Made by a program: the position numbers and the translations under genes | The notes under the pieces: generated by a model | Databases searched by the model: none | What the model was told of the DNA's origin: nothing | The model's input: only the letters and a program-made list of their open reading frames with translations | Shown: piece by piece, positions 31,916 to 42,708 of the stretch | Numbering within the stretch: position 1 is the first letter of the stretch | How the letters are laid out: every line of letters starts with the position of its first letter | Assembly (NCBI GenBank): GCA_023261695.1 | Contig: JAHFON010000003.1 | Span: forward strand, 6,682-70,681 | Direction: 5' to 3' | DNA length: 64,000 nucleotides | Origin: Candidatus Moraniibacteriota bacterium | GTDB lineage: Bacteria > Patescibacteriota > Minisyncoccia > Moranbacterales > UBA1568

Positions 31916-33136
31916 ATGCCGAAATTTTTTTATACTGCGAAAAATATCACCACAGGAGAAACGGCCGGCGGTGAGATGGAGGCCAAAGATGAGAGAGCGC
32001 TGGCTCAAGATTTACGAGCCAGAGGTTTTTTGTTGACCTCGCATAAGGCAATTCAGGAGACGCAATCCATCCATATAAAATTTTTTGATCGTTTTTCTTC
32101 CGTTCCGCTTAAGGAAAAAATGATATTCACGCGGAATATGGCTGTGATGATATCGTCCGGATTGACCGTGTCGCGCGCGGTGCATAATTTGAGCCTTCAG
32201 ACCAGAAATAAAAAATTCAAAAAAATTCTTTCGAGTGTTTATGACAGTCTGCAGTCTGGCAAAAGTATGTCGGAAGGCATGGCGCAGTACCCGGGAGTTT
32301 TTAGTGAATTATTTATCAACATGATTTCCGTGGGAGAGGTCAGCGGCAATTTGGAAGAAGTGTTGGATATCTTGGCTTTGCAGTTGGAAAAAGAACACGA
32401 TCTTTTAAGTAAAGTACGCGGAGCGCTGATTTATCCCGGGGTAATTGTAGCGGCCATGATCGGTATCGGCATTTTGATGCTGACGTATATCTTGCCGAGA
32501 ATAACGAGCGTTTTCAAAGATATGGATGTCAAACTGCCCGCGAGTACCTTGTTCATCATTGGTATCAGTGATTTTTTGCGCAATCATTATATTTTGACTG
32601 TAGGCATAATCGCGGCTTTGACTATGGGTGTAAAAATGTTTGCTTCCACAAAAGCAGGCAAACGGTTTTTCGGATTGCTGGCTTTGTATCTGCCGATTGT
32701 CGGCAACATTGTCGTCAAAGTGAATTGCGCGCGCTTTGCTCGTATTTACAGTTCGCTTTTGAGAAGCGGCATCTCGGTGGTGAATACGCTGACGATTGTT
32801 TCCAAAACACTGGGAAACGTATATTACAAAGACGCGCTTGCAGAAGCCTTGGGAGAAGTACAAAAAGGCGTGGAGTTGAGCAAGGTGATCGGCAAATATC
32901 CGCGCATATTTCCGATTTTGGTAACTCAGATTCTGGAAGTGGGCGAGGAAACCGGTAAGACGGAAACGGTGCTTCAGCGTTTGGCGGAATTTTACGAAGA
33001 GGAAGTTTCGCAAATTACCAAAAATATGTCGTCGATTATTGAACCGATTCTGATGTTGCTGATCGGTAGCGCGGTGGGATTTTTCGCGGTGGCTATGTTA
33101 CAGCCGATGTACAGCGTTCTGGAAAATATCAAATAA
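31916..33136 (+). CDS. pilC: Type IV pilus / T2SS platform protein (PilC/GspF)
   Basis: GEVSGNLEEVL, ALIYP, GEETGK, SIIEP, AMLQPMY; extended -10 TGgTATAAT at 31878-31886. Confidence 0.93.
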   Translation: MPKFFYTAKNITTGETAGGEMEAKDERALAQDLRARGFLLTSHKAIQETQSIHIKFFDRFSSVPLKEKMIFTRNMAVMISSGLTVSRAVHNLSLQTRNKKFKKILSSVYDSLQSGKSMSEGMAQYPGVFSELFINMISVGEVSGNLEEVLDILALQLEKEHDLLSKVRGALIYPGVIVAAMIGIGILMLTYILPRITSVFKDMDVKLPASTLFIIGISDFLRNHYILTVGIIAALTMGVKMFASTKAGKRFFGLLALYLPIVGNIVVKVNCARFARIYSSLLRSGISVVNTLTIVSKTLGNVYYKDALAEALGEVQKGVELSKVIGKYPRIFPILVTQILEVGEETGKTETVLQRLAEFYEEEVSQITKNMSSIIEPILMLLIGSAVGFFAVAMLQPMYSVLENIK

Positions 33137-33161
33137 GATTGAAAGTAGTATAAAAAACAAA

Positions 33162-34538
33162 ATGAGGTCCTGGTTTGGAAAGATGAGGCAACAGAAATTG
33201 AAAGGATTTACTCTTATAGAGTCCTTGGTTTTGTTGTTTATTTTTGCGATTACCGCGCTGGCTTTTTCTGAAACGTATACGGTGGGAACCCGGATGATTA
33301 TAGAATCCAAAAATCGTCTGGGAGCGACTGCGCTGGCCAATCAGAAGATGGAAATCATTCGCAGTATTGATTACGCTACCATCGGCACGACTACGGGTAT
33401 TCCGGCGGGTGATATTCCAGAATATGAAACCATTAGTGTCAATACGGTGAACTATCAAGTGCACACTTTTGTGCAGTATGCGGATGACGTTTTTGACGGC
33501 CAACTGGGAAGCACTCCGACTGATGCGATTCCCAATGATTACAAGCGCGTGCGCGTGGCTGTTTCTTGGGGCGCGGGCGGTGATGATCAGACAGTTTCCA
33601 TTTTCGCGAATATTTCTCCAGAGGGAGTTGAGACATCATCCGGCGGAGGCGTGTTATCCATCAATATTTTGAGCATTGTTGATGGCGGGGCGGTAGCTTT
33701 GGCAGGCGCGACCGTGCACATCGTCAATAGTTCCGCGGGTATCAATATCACAACGGCCACCGATGCCACGGGCAATATCACTTTGCCGGGAACGCCCGCC
33801 GGGCAACAAAATTACGCGCTGACGATTTCCAAAAGCGGGTATTACGGCACGCAAACATATCCGCCCTACCCGACATCCAACTACAATCCCGTAGACGAGC
33901 ACGCTTCCGTGGTAGCCGGAGTTGTGAATCCTAAAACAATGTGGATGAACCAATATGCCGATATCACGATACGTTCTCAGGATCCATTCACATCAGCTGT
34001 TCCGGACATCAGTTTTCATATGACAGGCGGAAAAAAACTGGGTACAGATCCAGACACATCGGCTTCTGTATATGAATATGATCAAATTTTGAGCACGAAC
34101 GCGTCTGGCATCAAGGATATACCGGATCAAAGCGATGGCCAGTACACTCTCTCGGAATCCGACGCGCGTTATCAGTTTTACAAACTAAATCCTAGCGGAA
34201 TTACTTATGATGTTTTTGACGCTCCGGCGGGGCAAACTACAACGGTAGATATGATACTGCTGGATACCCAAATTGGCTCATTGAAAGTGATTGTGACCAA
34301 CGCCGGAGACGGAAGCCCTGTGGCGGGAGCTACCGCGCACCTTACAAGCTCCGCGCTCGGATATTATGCGACCACGGTTACCGATCAATACGGATTCGCG
34401 TATTTTCCGCAAACTTTACCCGAGCTGGTTGTCGGAACTTATGATTTAACAGTGAGCGCCGCCGGTTTTGCCGACAATAATTCCACGGTGGATGTGAATG
34501 GCGGTTTAATCACAAAAGCCGTCAATCTTAATCCATAG
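33162..34538 (+). CDS. Prepilin-type protein with beta-sandwich (carboxypeptidase-regulatory-like) domains
   Basis: KG/FTLIE class III signal peptide; repeated T/G-rich beta domains. Confidence 0.8.
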   Translation: MRSWFGKMRQQKLKGFTLIESLVLLFIFAITALAFSETYTVGTRMIIESKNRLGATALANQKMEIIRSIDYATIGTTTGIPAGDIPEYETISVNTVNYQVHTFVQYADDVFDGQLGSTPTDAIPNDYKRVRVAVSWGAGGDDQTVSIFANISPEGVETSSGGGVLSINILSIVDGGAVALAGATVHIVNSSAGINITTATDATGNITLPGTPAGQQNYALTISKSGYYGTQTYPPYPTSNYNPVDEHASVVAGVVNPKTMWMNQYADITIRSQDPFTSAVPDISFHMTGGKKLGTDPDTSASVYEYDQILSTNASGIKDIPDQSDGQYTLSESDARYQFYKLNPSGITYDVFDAPAGQTTTVDMILLDTQIGSLKVIVTNAGDGSPVAGATAHLTSSALGYYATTVTDQYGFAYFPQTLPELVVGTYDLTVSAAGFADNNSTVDVNGGLITKAVNLNP

Positions 34539-34541
34539 TTT

Positions 34542-35168
34542 ATGAGATATTCAAGATACAAAGCTATGACGCTGATAGAGGGACTGGTGGCTATTGCCGT
34601 TATGCTGATCGCGATGGAAGGCTTTACGCAGTTCTTCGTCAGAAGTTGGAATACAAACAAGTTTATTCTTGAAGAAGGGTTGGCTTCGGCGGCGGCCTCG
34701 CGCGCGACCAACAAGATTATTACCAAATTACGCAGCGTGCGTCAGGCTGATAACGGCGATTTTCCTATTGAGTCCGGGTCTGATTTTGATCTTAAAGTGT
34801 ATATTGATATTGATGATGATGGGGTGACTGAACGCGTGCATTATTTTCTGGATCTGGCTACCGATCAATTGAAAGTCGGCGTTACCAATCCGGTTGGTAC
34901 AACTCCGGTCAGTTATCCGGCGGCCGATGACACCGTATCAATACTCACGGATTACGTCGTGAACGAGAACGCGAATCCGGTTTTTTATTATTATAACAAG
35001 AATTATCCGGGGGATACGGTGAATAATCCGCTTACAACTCCCATCAATGTTGAAGACGTGCGTTTGATCCGCGTGCATCTTCTGGTGAATATCGATCCAG
35101 TACGGGCGCCGAACAATATCAATATTGAATCGTTCGCTGATCTGCGTAATCTCAAAAATTATGAATGA
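34542..35168 (+). CDS. Minor pilin (prepilin-type)
   Basis: KA/MTLIEGLVAIAV; C-terminal LRN motif. Confidence 0.8.
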   Translation: MRYSRYKAMTLIEGLVAIAVMLIAMEGFTQFFVRSWNTNKFILEEGLASAAASRATNKIITKLRSVRQADNGDFPIESGSDFDLKVYIDIDDDGVTERVHYFLDLATDQLKVGVTNPVGTTPVSYPAADDTVSILTDYVVNENANPVFYYYNKNYPGDTVNNPLTTPINVEDVRLIRVHLLVNIDPVRAPNNINIESFADLRNLKNYE

Positions 35169-36678
35169 CGATCGAAATAAAAAACTTGTCCGCCGTAGTT
35201 CCCGCCTTGCCAGAGTTCTTGGTGTAGCGTGGATTGACGAAGGCGGATTGAAAGGCTCCGCGTTGGTCTATGGTCTTGTCATTATGACGGTGGTGGCGAT
35301 TGTGCTGACATCCATCGTTGGTTTTGTGGCGGCGCAGACTAAATATGCTCTGCGGGTACATGCTCGCGAGCAGGCATTCCAAGTCGCGGATACAGGTATT
35401 CAATTTTACAAATGGTATCTGGCGCATAATACGGACGGACGAACGGCGCAACAAATACAGGATTTCTGGACGACTGGTAATCCTTACGGCGTAGCTTCGC
35501 CTTATGAGGTGGAGTATAACGACCCTTCAGGTTCTGCGATAGGGAAATATCGTTTGGAAGTCACGCCACCGACATTGGGTTCTACAATTGTGACTGTCAA
35601 GTCAACCGGCTTTGCATATCGTTATCCCAACGATACGCGCGTTTTGGAAGTGCGTTTTCGGCGTCCTTCTTGGAGCGAAAGCGCTGTTTTGGCGAATGAT
35701 TTTATGCGGTTTGGCAGTGGCACGGAAGTGTTTGGTAAAATCCATTCAAATAAGGGAATCCGTTTCGACGGAGTGGCGCACAATATCGTATCAAGCGCCG
35801 TTTCTACTTTTATTGACCCTGATCATAGTGTTAATGAATTCGGCGTGCATACGCATAAGAATCCGATTGATCCTCTGCCGCCGGCGGCCGTACCGGCGCG
35901 CACTGATGTTTTTGAGGCGGGGCGAAAGTTTCCGGTAGCCACGGTAGACTTCAACGGACTACTGGGAGATTTAAGTTTGATGAAAACGGCGGCGCAGGCG
36001 ACCAATTCTTACTTTCTTGGTACAGGGGCCAACAATAATGGGAAAAAGATCACCCTCAAGACGGACGGCACGTACGATGTCTGTAAAGTGAACACGTTCA
36101 ACAGCGGATATTCGATAACGAAGTATACCAAGAACTCTGGTGGCGGTACCTGCAGTACCTGTTCTGGGAGTTGCGCGCCGACGAATTATCCCATACCCGA
36201 TAACGGGGTTATCTTTGTGGAAGGCAACGCGTGGGTGAGCGGCACGATCAACAACAAGAAAGTGACTATCGCTGCGGCTGATATTTCCGGCGGAGCCGCG
36301 CCCTCAGTGTATATTTTGAATGATATTCGGTATACCAACACGGACGGACGCGATATTATCGGCATTATCGGCCAGAATAATATAGAAATCGCCTACGCGA
36401 GCGAGAGCGATCTGCGGATTGATGCGGCGCTTCTGGCGCAACAAGGACGCGTTGGACGCGAACATTACAGCAGTCCGAAAGGCCTCAATCCGGATAGTAA
36501 GTCTGTCATCACCGTAAACGGTGCGATCGCGACTAACTTGCGCTACGGTTTCGCGTGGACGGACGGCACCGGCTATACAACGCGCAACCTGTACTATGAT
36601 AATAACTTGCTGTATTATCCGCCGCCGTACTTTCCGACCGGCACGCAATATCAAATGGACTTGTGGGAGGAAAAATAA
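35161..36678 (+). CDS. PilX-like minor pilin
   Basis: KG/SALVYGLV, QAFQVADTGI, C-terminal PPPYFP...WEE. Confidence 0.75.
   Translation: MNDDRNKKLVRRSSRLARVLGVAWIDEGGLKGSALVYGLVIMTVVAIVLTSIVGFVAAQTKYALRVHAREQAFQVADTGIQFYKWYLAHNTDGRTAQQIQDFWTTGNPYGVASPYEVEYNDPSGSAIGKYRLEVTPPTLGSTIVTVKSTGFAYRYPNDTRVLEVRFRRPSWSESAVLANDFMRFGSGTEVFGKIHSNKGIRFDGVAHNIVSSAVSTFIDPDHSVNEFGVHTHKNPIDPLPPAAVPARTDVFEAGRKFPVATVDFNGLLGDLSLMKTAAQATNSYFLGTGANNNGKKITLKTDGTYDVCKVNTFNSGYSITKYTKNSGGGTCSTCSGSCAPTNYPIPDNGVIFVEGNAWVSGTINNKKVTIAAADISGGAAPSVYILNDIRYTNTDGRDIIGIIGQNNIEIAYASESDLRIDAALLAQQGRVGREHYSSPKGLNPDSKSVITVNGAIATNLRYGFAWTDGTGYTTRNLYYDNNLLYYPPPYFPTGTQYQMDLWEEK
35185..35247. repeat. In-frame palindromic insertion in the pilX-like leader
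   Basis: 63 nt, cttgTCCGCC...GGCGGA, encodes LVRRSSRLARVLGVAWIDEGG. Confidence 0.55.
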
Positions 36679-36732
36679 AAGCAAAATTGTGTTACAATGG
36701 TCAATGACCCAAGAAAGGCAAAACAAAAAACA

Positions 36733-37827
36733 ATGAGCATCTTGCAGAAAAAATTTTTTGATCTTTTTCCCAGTTCGTTCGGTTTGGATTTGAGCGATCT
36801 GTCTATCAAAGCCGTCTGGCTGGATCGGACTGGAAATCAAGATTTTATTATGAGTTTCGGATCAGTACCGCTTCCGATGGGGAGCGTGGCGGATGGCGAG
36901 ATTATGGATCCGGAAGCGGTAAAAAATGCCATCGTTAAACTTTTACAAGAATCCGGACCCAAAAAAATTAAAACGCGCAAAGTAATTTGTTCGTTGCCGG
37001 AAACCAAGGCGTTTTTGCGCATCATCTCTTTGCCCGTGATGGAAAAAAGTGAGGTGAAAGAAGCTATCAAGTGGGAAATTGAAGCCAACATTCCGCTTAT
37101 GTTGGATCAGGTGTATTACGATTGGCAGATACTTGATCTGAATCTGGATCAAAAAAAAGAAAAGATGAACGTGCTGGTGGTGGCGGTAGCCAGAAGCAGT
37201 GCGGATCAATTTCAGGCAGTGCTGGAATCGGCGGGGCTTGAAGTGCTCGGACTAGAGACGGAATCCATTGCCCAAGCGAGAAGTCTTTTGCCTGAAAAGG
37301 ACGATAAGAGCACGACGCTGATTGTGGACATCGGCGACCGTCGGACAAGTTTTTTTATTGCGGTTGGCAGTATGCCGTGTTTCACTTCCAGCGTACCGCT
37401 TTCTTCGCAGATGATTACGGACGCTATTGCCAAGTCGTTCAATATTCCTTTCGCGGAAGCTGAAGACATCAAAATTAAACAGGGATTGGGGTCTTTAGCT
37501 ATGAAAAGTCAGGTTTTGAAAGCAGTGTCTCCGGTGTTAGAGAACATTTTGACGGAAATAGAGAAGTCTATGGATTTTTATTTGAGCAACTTGCGTTATT
37601 CGGAAAAGATAGATTCTATTGTGCTGTGCGGAGGAGGAGCGAATATGCAGGGGCTGTTGCCGTATTTCTCGCGTTGTCTGGGGAGGCCGATAGAATTCGG
37701 CAATCCGTGGGTGAACGTGCGTCTCGGTCAGAGATTGCCTATAATTGAACGCAAGCGCGCCGTGCAGTATTCCACGGCTATCGGACTCGCGCTTCGCGGA
37801 CTTGACGAGTATGAAGATTTTACTTAA
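36733..37827 (+). CDS. pilM: Type IV pilus assembly protein PilM
   Basis: FGLDLSDLSIK, VDIGDRRT, LCGGGA, AIGLALR. Confidence 0.9.
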   Translation: MSILQKKFFDLFPSSFGLDLSDLSIKAVWLDRTGNQDFIMSFGSVPLPMGSVADGEIMDPEAVKNAIVKLLQESGPKKIKTRKVICSLPETKAFLRIISLPVMEKSEVKEAIKWEIEANIPLMLDQVYYDWQILDLNLDQKKEKMNVLVVAVARSSADQFQAVLESAGLEVLGLETESIAQARSLLPEKDDKSTTLIVDIGDRRTSFFIAVGSMPCFTSSVPLSSQMITDAIAKSFNIPFAEAEDIKIKQGLGSLAMKSQVLKAVSPVLENILTEIEKSMDFYLSNLRYSEKIDSIVLCGGGANMQGLLPYFSRCLGRPIEFGNPWVNVRLGQRLPIIERKRAVQYSTAIGLALRGLDEYEDFT

Positions 37828-38374
37828 TCTCCTGCAGGAGAAAAATAAAGAGGACATAGAGAGGCGGTTTTATCTGCGCTTCTTTTTGTGGCAATTTTTT
37901 TTGGTACTGGCTCTGGAAATATTTTATCTGGCAATTCTGGTCGGTATATATTTCATTCTGGATTTTCAACTGCAGGGTTTGGAGAGCGCCGGACAACAAT
38001 ATGACGCGACGCGTTCCGAACAAAAAACGCTGGATGTGTATCGGAAAAAGTTTAAGGAAACAAACGTGCTCGTGGAAACGGTTGGCAAGATAGAACGTCA
38101 GCATTTTTCTTTTACGCAAATGTTTCTTTTGTTGGATACCGCGTTGCCGGAAAGTATCGCGATTGAACACTTAACCACTAAAGAATACACGGTATTGCTG
38201 GCCGGTCGGGCGGCAACTCGCGATGATTTGTTAACGTTTGAAAATCGTCTCAAAGAATCAGAGTGCGTGCAGAACGTCAATGTTCCGCTCGCCAATCTTT
38301 TTTCGCAGGACAATGTGGATTTTCAGATGGATTTTGAAATGCGCAAGAAATGTTTACAAAAAAATGCTTTATGA
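37811..38374 (+). CDS. pilN: PilN-like protein
   Basis: N-terminal INLL-like motif (LLNLL), TM, coiled coil, position directly after pilM. Confidence 0.75.
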   Translation: MKILLNLLQEKNKEDIERRFYLRFFLWQFFLVLALEIFYLAILVGIYFILDFQLQGLESAGQQYDATRSEQKTLDVYRKKFKETNVLVETVGKIERQHFSFTQMFLLLDTALPESIAIEHLTTKEYTVLLAGRAATRDDLLTFENRLKESECVQNVNVPLANLFSQDNVDFQMDFEMRKKCLQKNAL

Positions 38375-39132
38375 TTATCTCTTTACCCAAAAAATATAGG
38401 CCGCTCATTGCTTTAGGTGTTTTGCTTATAGTGATAGGTTGTATTGTTTGGCTGGGTCTGTTGCCGCTCAAGCAGTCCATAGTAAAAAAGATGCAAGACA
38501 TTCAGGAGTTTTATGCCGGCCGGGAAAACCGCGAAAAGCAGGTTGACAAATTGCCGGAACTGCAGGGACAATATGACGCTATCCTTGAAAATGAAAAAAC
38601 ATTTAACATTTTGATTACGGAAGACAAAGTGGTGGATTTTGTGAAAATATTGGAAACATTAGCGAGTGCTACAAATGTTACATTAAGTATCACGTCCAAA
38701 GATAACGGCAAAATCATCGAATCCAAGAAGCCTGAAAAAGAAACCAGCCCATCGAGCGATGCCGATCAACAGCCCGTTTCCGGAACAAACAATGCCGCGC
38801 CGAAAACACCCAACATTCTGGACACTGTGCCGTTTGGCCGCTATTTATTTTTAAGCGTGAAGACGGAGGGGCGTTACAGCGATATCGTGAAGTTTCTGGG
38901 CAAAGCTGAAGCTCTGCCGTTTGGATTAGATGTAATCAAGGTGGATATAAAAAAGAAGGATGCCGAAAACAATTCCCAAGCAACTGCCGCAAGAAGTCCC
39001 GCCAACCCTTTCGCTATACTGGGCGATAACAGCAATCTGGCACAAAAACAGCCGCCAACCGAAGGGGAAAATAAAAATGGAATAGAGGCGGTGTTCGATA
39101 TGCTTGTGTATGTAAAAAAAACTGATTTATGA
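38371..39132 (+). CDS. pilO: PilO-like protein
   Basis: N-terminal TM, coiled coil, GRYSDIVKFL..AEALP. Confidence 0.7.
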   Translation: MIISLPKKYRPLIALGVLLIVIGCIVWLGLLPLKQSIVKKMQDIQEFYAGRENREKQVDKLPELQGQYDAILENEKTFNILITEDKVVDFVKILETLASATNVTLSITSKDNGKIIESKKPEKETSPSSDADQQPVSGTNNAAPKTPNILDTVPFGRYLFLSVKTEGRYSDIVKFLGKAEALPFGLDVIKVDIKKKDAENNSQATAARSPANPFAILGDNSNLAQKQPPTEGENKNGIEAVFDMLVYVKKTDL

Positions 39133-39476
39133 TAATGCCATTCCATACTTTTTTCCAAAAGACGAGTGAACGTTTTTCTTTGAGAAGAATATTGTTTTTT
39201 TGGTACCGTCATCACAAAGCATTATTTTTTTGTTTTTTTTGCGGCGTGGTTTTGATCGGAGTATGGGATTGGTATTATAGTTTTTATCAATACCGTTTTA
39301 GCGACGAAGAAAAGAAACAGTATATCGAACAGCATTTTAAGGAAACGGCATTCAAAGAAACGGAATTTCGCCAAGCGGTGGATATGCTGGCGCGGCGAAC
39401 GCGTCTGTCGGAAACGCCTGAAGTCAAACACGACATTTTTCAAGGCACAGGCATACAAAGTAAAGAAAAGAAATAA
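39129..39476 (+). CDS. Hypothetical single-TM protein of the pilus operon
   Basis: Overlaps the pilO stop codon; one TM. Confidence 0.6.
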   Translation: MIMPFHTFFQKTSERFSLRRILFFWYRHHKALFFCFFCGVVLIGVWDWYYSFYQYRFSDEEKKQYIEQHFKETAFKETEFRQAVDMLARRTRLSETPEVKHDIFQGTGIQSKEKK

Positions 39477-39515
39477 AATTGACTGGCTGGTATTTTTTGA
39501 GTATGCTGTTTGCTT

Positions 39516-40595
39516 ATGGTGCTTTTGACTCGCGAGGAACAATTCAGAAAACTTTTTCCCAAAGCGCCGGCTTTTCGTTTTAGGCAAATGGAAGAGGCTT
39601 TGTTTTCCCCTGTTTTTAAGAGTTTCGCGGATATTTCCAATATGTCTCTGGCGATGCGAGAGCTATTGACCAAAGAAATTTCTTGGTTGGCCATCAAAGA
39701 AGTGCAGGTGCTTGAGAGCGCGAAGAGGGATACTTTTAAGGCGGTAGTGGAGATGGTTGATCAGAAGCGAGTGGAAACCGTGCTGATGAAAAACGCGCGT
39801 GCTCAATGGACGGTATGCGTTTCGTCCCAAGTCGGGTGCGCGATGGCCTGCACTTTTTGCGCTACGGGCAAGATGGGTTTTACGCGCAATCTGATTGCGG
39901 ATGAAATTGTTGATCAGGTGCGTTTCTGGAATATATTTCTCCGCGAGCGGCCCAAACTCGCCCAGAGAATCAGCAACGTGGTTTTTATGGGAATGGGGGA
40001 GCCGCTGGCCAATTATGAAAATGTCAAAGAAACGCTCTCTGTGTTGCTTGCGCATACTGATATGGGAATGACGAGGATAACAGTTTCAACCGTGGGGTTG
40101 ATTCCTATGCTCCGGAAACTGCTTGCTGATCCCAAGTGGCCGGCAGTACGTCTGGCAGTTTCGTTACACAGCGCGGATGCGGTGACGCGCCAGGTGATGA
40201 TGCCGAGTTCCTTTCCGGCATTTCTAAATGATTTGGCTGTGTGGACGCAAGAGTATTTTGAGAAATTTGACAGCCGCAGGCGGCACCTGACTTTTGAATA
40301 CGTGATGCTCTCAAAAATCAATGATACTGAAATGCACGCGCAGGCATTGATTACTTTTGCGAGAAAAGTGGGCAATGTCAGGATCAATTTGATACCTTAT
40401 AATTTCATCCCGCAAACTTCGAAGCGAAGTGCGGAACAAGCAAAGAATGTCTATCGCGGGAGTCTTCCGGGGGATTTTGCTCATTTTGAAAAAACATTGG
40501 AAGAGGCGGGCGTAACGGTGACGCGGCGGCGCACGATGGGCGATGATATCGCCGCCGCTTGCGGGCAGTTGATTGTGGACAAATCTGAATCATAG
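39516..40595 (+). CDS. rlmN: 23S rRNA m2A2503 radical SAM methyltransferase
   Basis: CVSSQVGCAMACTFCATG, MGMGEPL, DIAAACGQL. Confidence 0.95.
   Translation: MVLLTREEQFRKLFPKAPAFRFRQMEEALFSPVFKSFADISNMSLAMRELLTKEISWLAIKEVQVLESAKRDTFKAVVEMVDQKRVETVLMKNARAQWTVCVSSQVGCAMACTFCATGKMGFTRNLIADEIVDQVRFWNIFLRERPKLAQRISNVVFMGMGEPLANYENVKETLSVLLAHTDMGMTRITVSTVGLIPMLRKLLADPKWPAVRLAVSLHSADAVTRQVMMPSSFPAFLNDLAVWTQEYFEKFDSRRRHLTFEYVMLSKINDTEMHAQALITFARKVGNVRINLIPYNFIPQTSKRSAEQAKNVYRGSLPGDFAHFEKTLEEAGVTVTRRRTMGDDIAAACGQLIVDKSES
40409..40435. repeat. Palindromic insertion in rlmN
   Basis: 27 nt cCCGCA-a-ACTTCG-aag-CGAAGTGCGGa, imperfect palindrome encoding PQTSKRSAE. Confidence 0.45.
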
Positions 40596-40646
40596 GCGGG
40601 GAGCATTGATTTTTAACCGAGAACAACGTACAATGTCCGAACGCGT

Positions 40647-41834
40647 ATGACAGAAAAATATTTCATAAAAACATTCGGATGCCAGCAAAACGTGGCTGAT
40701 TCGGAACGGTTGCGGAGTTTTTATGAATCGCGCGGTTTTGCGCCGGCGGAGACGTTGGAGGAGGCGGACGTACTTATATTGAATACTTGCGTGGTACGCG
40801 ATCGGGCGGAAGAAAAAGTTTATGGAATGATCAAAACTTTGCGTGCGCGCCTGAAAGAAAAATCGCCGCGCATCATTGTGACCGGTTGTCTCATCGGCGC
40901 GGCGGCGCGCGTTCCCGGCGGCAGAATGATGAAACGCCTGACAGCGCGCCTGCCCGCCGTGGAGGGTTTGCCGGATGTGGAATTTTTGCCGTTGGAAGAA
41001 GTGGGATTTGAATACGCGCCTCGGCGCGCGCCAGGTAAAACGGCCTCCATAGTTATTTCCAATGGATGCAATAATTACTGCGCTTATTGCATCGTGCCGT
41101 TTTCGCGCGGTCAAGAACGTTCGCGTCCACTGGCGGAAATTTTAGACGAAGTGAAGAAGGCGGCGGCTGACGGATATACGGAAGTGATGCTTCTCGGACA
41201 AAATGTGAATTCTTACGGCGCGGATTTTTTGAAAGACAAAATCAAAGAAAACGAAAAATACACGTTGCCGAATGGCGAGAGCATTAAGCCGGTAATGGTC
41301 AAACATTTGAATCGCCATCGCATTCCGACGCTTTTTCCTCATCTTTTGGAAAGTGTGGCGCGAATTTCGGGACTTGCAAAAATTTCTTTTATTTCTTCCA
41401 ATCCGTGGGATTTTTCAGATGAACTGATTGATGTCATCGCGCGAAATGAGAATATTGATCGCCTGCTCCATCTGCCGGTACAGGCGGGAAGCAACGCGGT
41501 GCTCAAACGGATGAATCGCTGGTACACGCGCGAAGAATATCTGGCACTGATAGACAAAATTCGCGCCCGTGTTTTCGGCGCGCGTTTTATGACTGATATA
41601 ATTGTGGGTTTTCCCGGAGAAACGGAAGAGGATTTTTTAGAGACAGTGGATTTGATCAAGCGCGTAAATTTTGAAAAAACTTTTATCGCGTGGTATTCTC
41701 CGCGCCCGGGAACGTCTGCTACGAAAAACTTGCAAGACGATGTGCCCATTCACGAAAAAAAACGCCGCTTTAGCGAATTGGACAAAGTGGCGTTTAAGGG
41801 AAAATCTCACAAACATCTCGCGCTTCAGAAATAA
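40647..41834 (+). CDS. miaB: MiaB-family methylthiotransferase (no obvious TRAM domain)
   Basis: TFGCQQNVADSE, NTCVVR, GCNNYCAYCIVPFSRG, HLPVQAGS. Confidence 0.88.
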   Translation: MTEKYFIKTFGCQQNVADSERLRSFYESRGFAPAETLEEADVLILNTCVVRDRAEEKVYGMIKTLRARLKEKSPRIIVTGCLIGAAARVPGGRMMKRLTARLPAVEGLPDVEFLPLEEVGFEYAPRRAPGKTASIVISNGCNNYCAYCIVPFSRGQERSRPLAEILDEVKKAAADGYTEVMLLGQNVNSYGADFLKDKIKENEKYTLPNGESIKPVMVKHLNRHRIPTLFPHLLESVARISGLAKISFISSNPWDFSDELIDVIARNENIDRLLHLPVQAGSNAVLKRMNRWYTREEYLALIDKIRARVFGARFMTDIIVGFPGETEEDFLETVDLIKRVNFEKTFIAWYSPRPGTSATKNLQDDVPIHEKKRRFSELDKVAFKGKSHKHLALQK

Positions 41835-41892
41835 TTTTTTTATCTAAAATTATTCTTGGAGCGAAATGCCATTATAAGTAAGAGTGTTTTAT

Positions 41893-42708
41893 ATGATGAA
41901 GAAACAAACTATCAAACTTTTTTCCTGGAACGTAAATGGTATTCGCGCCGTGCATAAAAAGGGCCTGTTTTTATCGTTTGTGGAAAAATATAATCCTGAT
42001 ATTTTATGTTTGCAGGAAACGAAGGCTATGCAGGGACAGGCGGAGATTGATTTGCCGCGATATGAAGAATATTGGAACTCCGCTCAGAAAAAAGGTTATG
42101 CCGGCACTGCGATATTTACGCAACCAAAACCTTTGTTTGTCCAAAATGATTTTCCTAAAGAAATTGCCGTAAAATACAGCTTGGGTCATGACGGGTACGG
42201 TGATCCCACGCTGGAAGGAAGAATGATCGCGGCGGAATACGAAAAATTTTTTCTTGTGACCGTGTATACTCCCAATTCCAAACCTGACTTAAGCCGACTT
42301 CAGTTACGCCACAAAAAATGGGATCCGGCTTTTTTGGCGTATTGCAAATTTCTGGAGAAAAAGAAACCGGTGGTGTTTTGCGGAGATTTCAATGTGGCTC
42401 ACACACCCGATGATCTAGCCAATCCCAAGCAAAACGAAGGTGAGCACGGGTTTACCCAAGAAGAACGGGCGGGGTTTCAGAATTTTCTTGACGCAGGATT
42501 TGTGGACACGTTTCGAATGTTTCATCAGGGGAACGGGTTCTATACGTGGTGGTCGCATTTTGCGAACGCCCGCGCGCGCAACATCGGCTGGCGTCTTGAT
42601 TATTTTTTGACTAGTGAAAAATTACGGGGCTGCGTCAAAGACGCTTTCATTTTGCCGGAAGTCATGGGATCAGATCATTGCCCCGTCGGAATTACATTGG
42701 AAATATGA
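41893..42708 (+). CDS. xth: Exodeoxyribonuclease III
   Basis: SWNVNGIRA, LCLQETK, GDFNVAH, GWRLDY, SDHCP. Confidence 0.96.
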   Translation: MMKKQTIKLFSWNVNGIRAVHKKGLFLSFVEKYNPDILCLQETKAMQGQAEIDLPRYEEYWNSAQKKGYAGTAIFTQPKPLFVQNDFPKEIAVKYSLGHDGYGDPTLEGRMIAAEYEKFFLVTVYTPNSKPDLSRLQLRHKKWDPAFLAYCKFLEKKKPVVFCGDFNVAHTPDDLANPKQNEGEHGFTQEERAGFQNFLDAGFVDTFRMFHQGNGFYTWWSHFANARARNIGWRLDYFLTSEKLRGCVKDAFILPEVMGSDHCPVGITLEI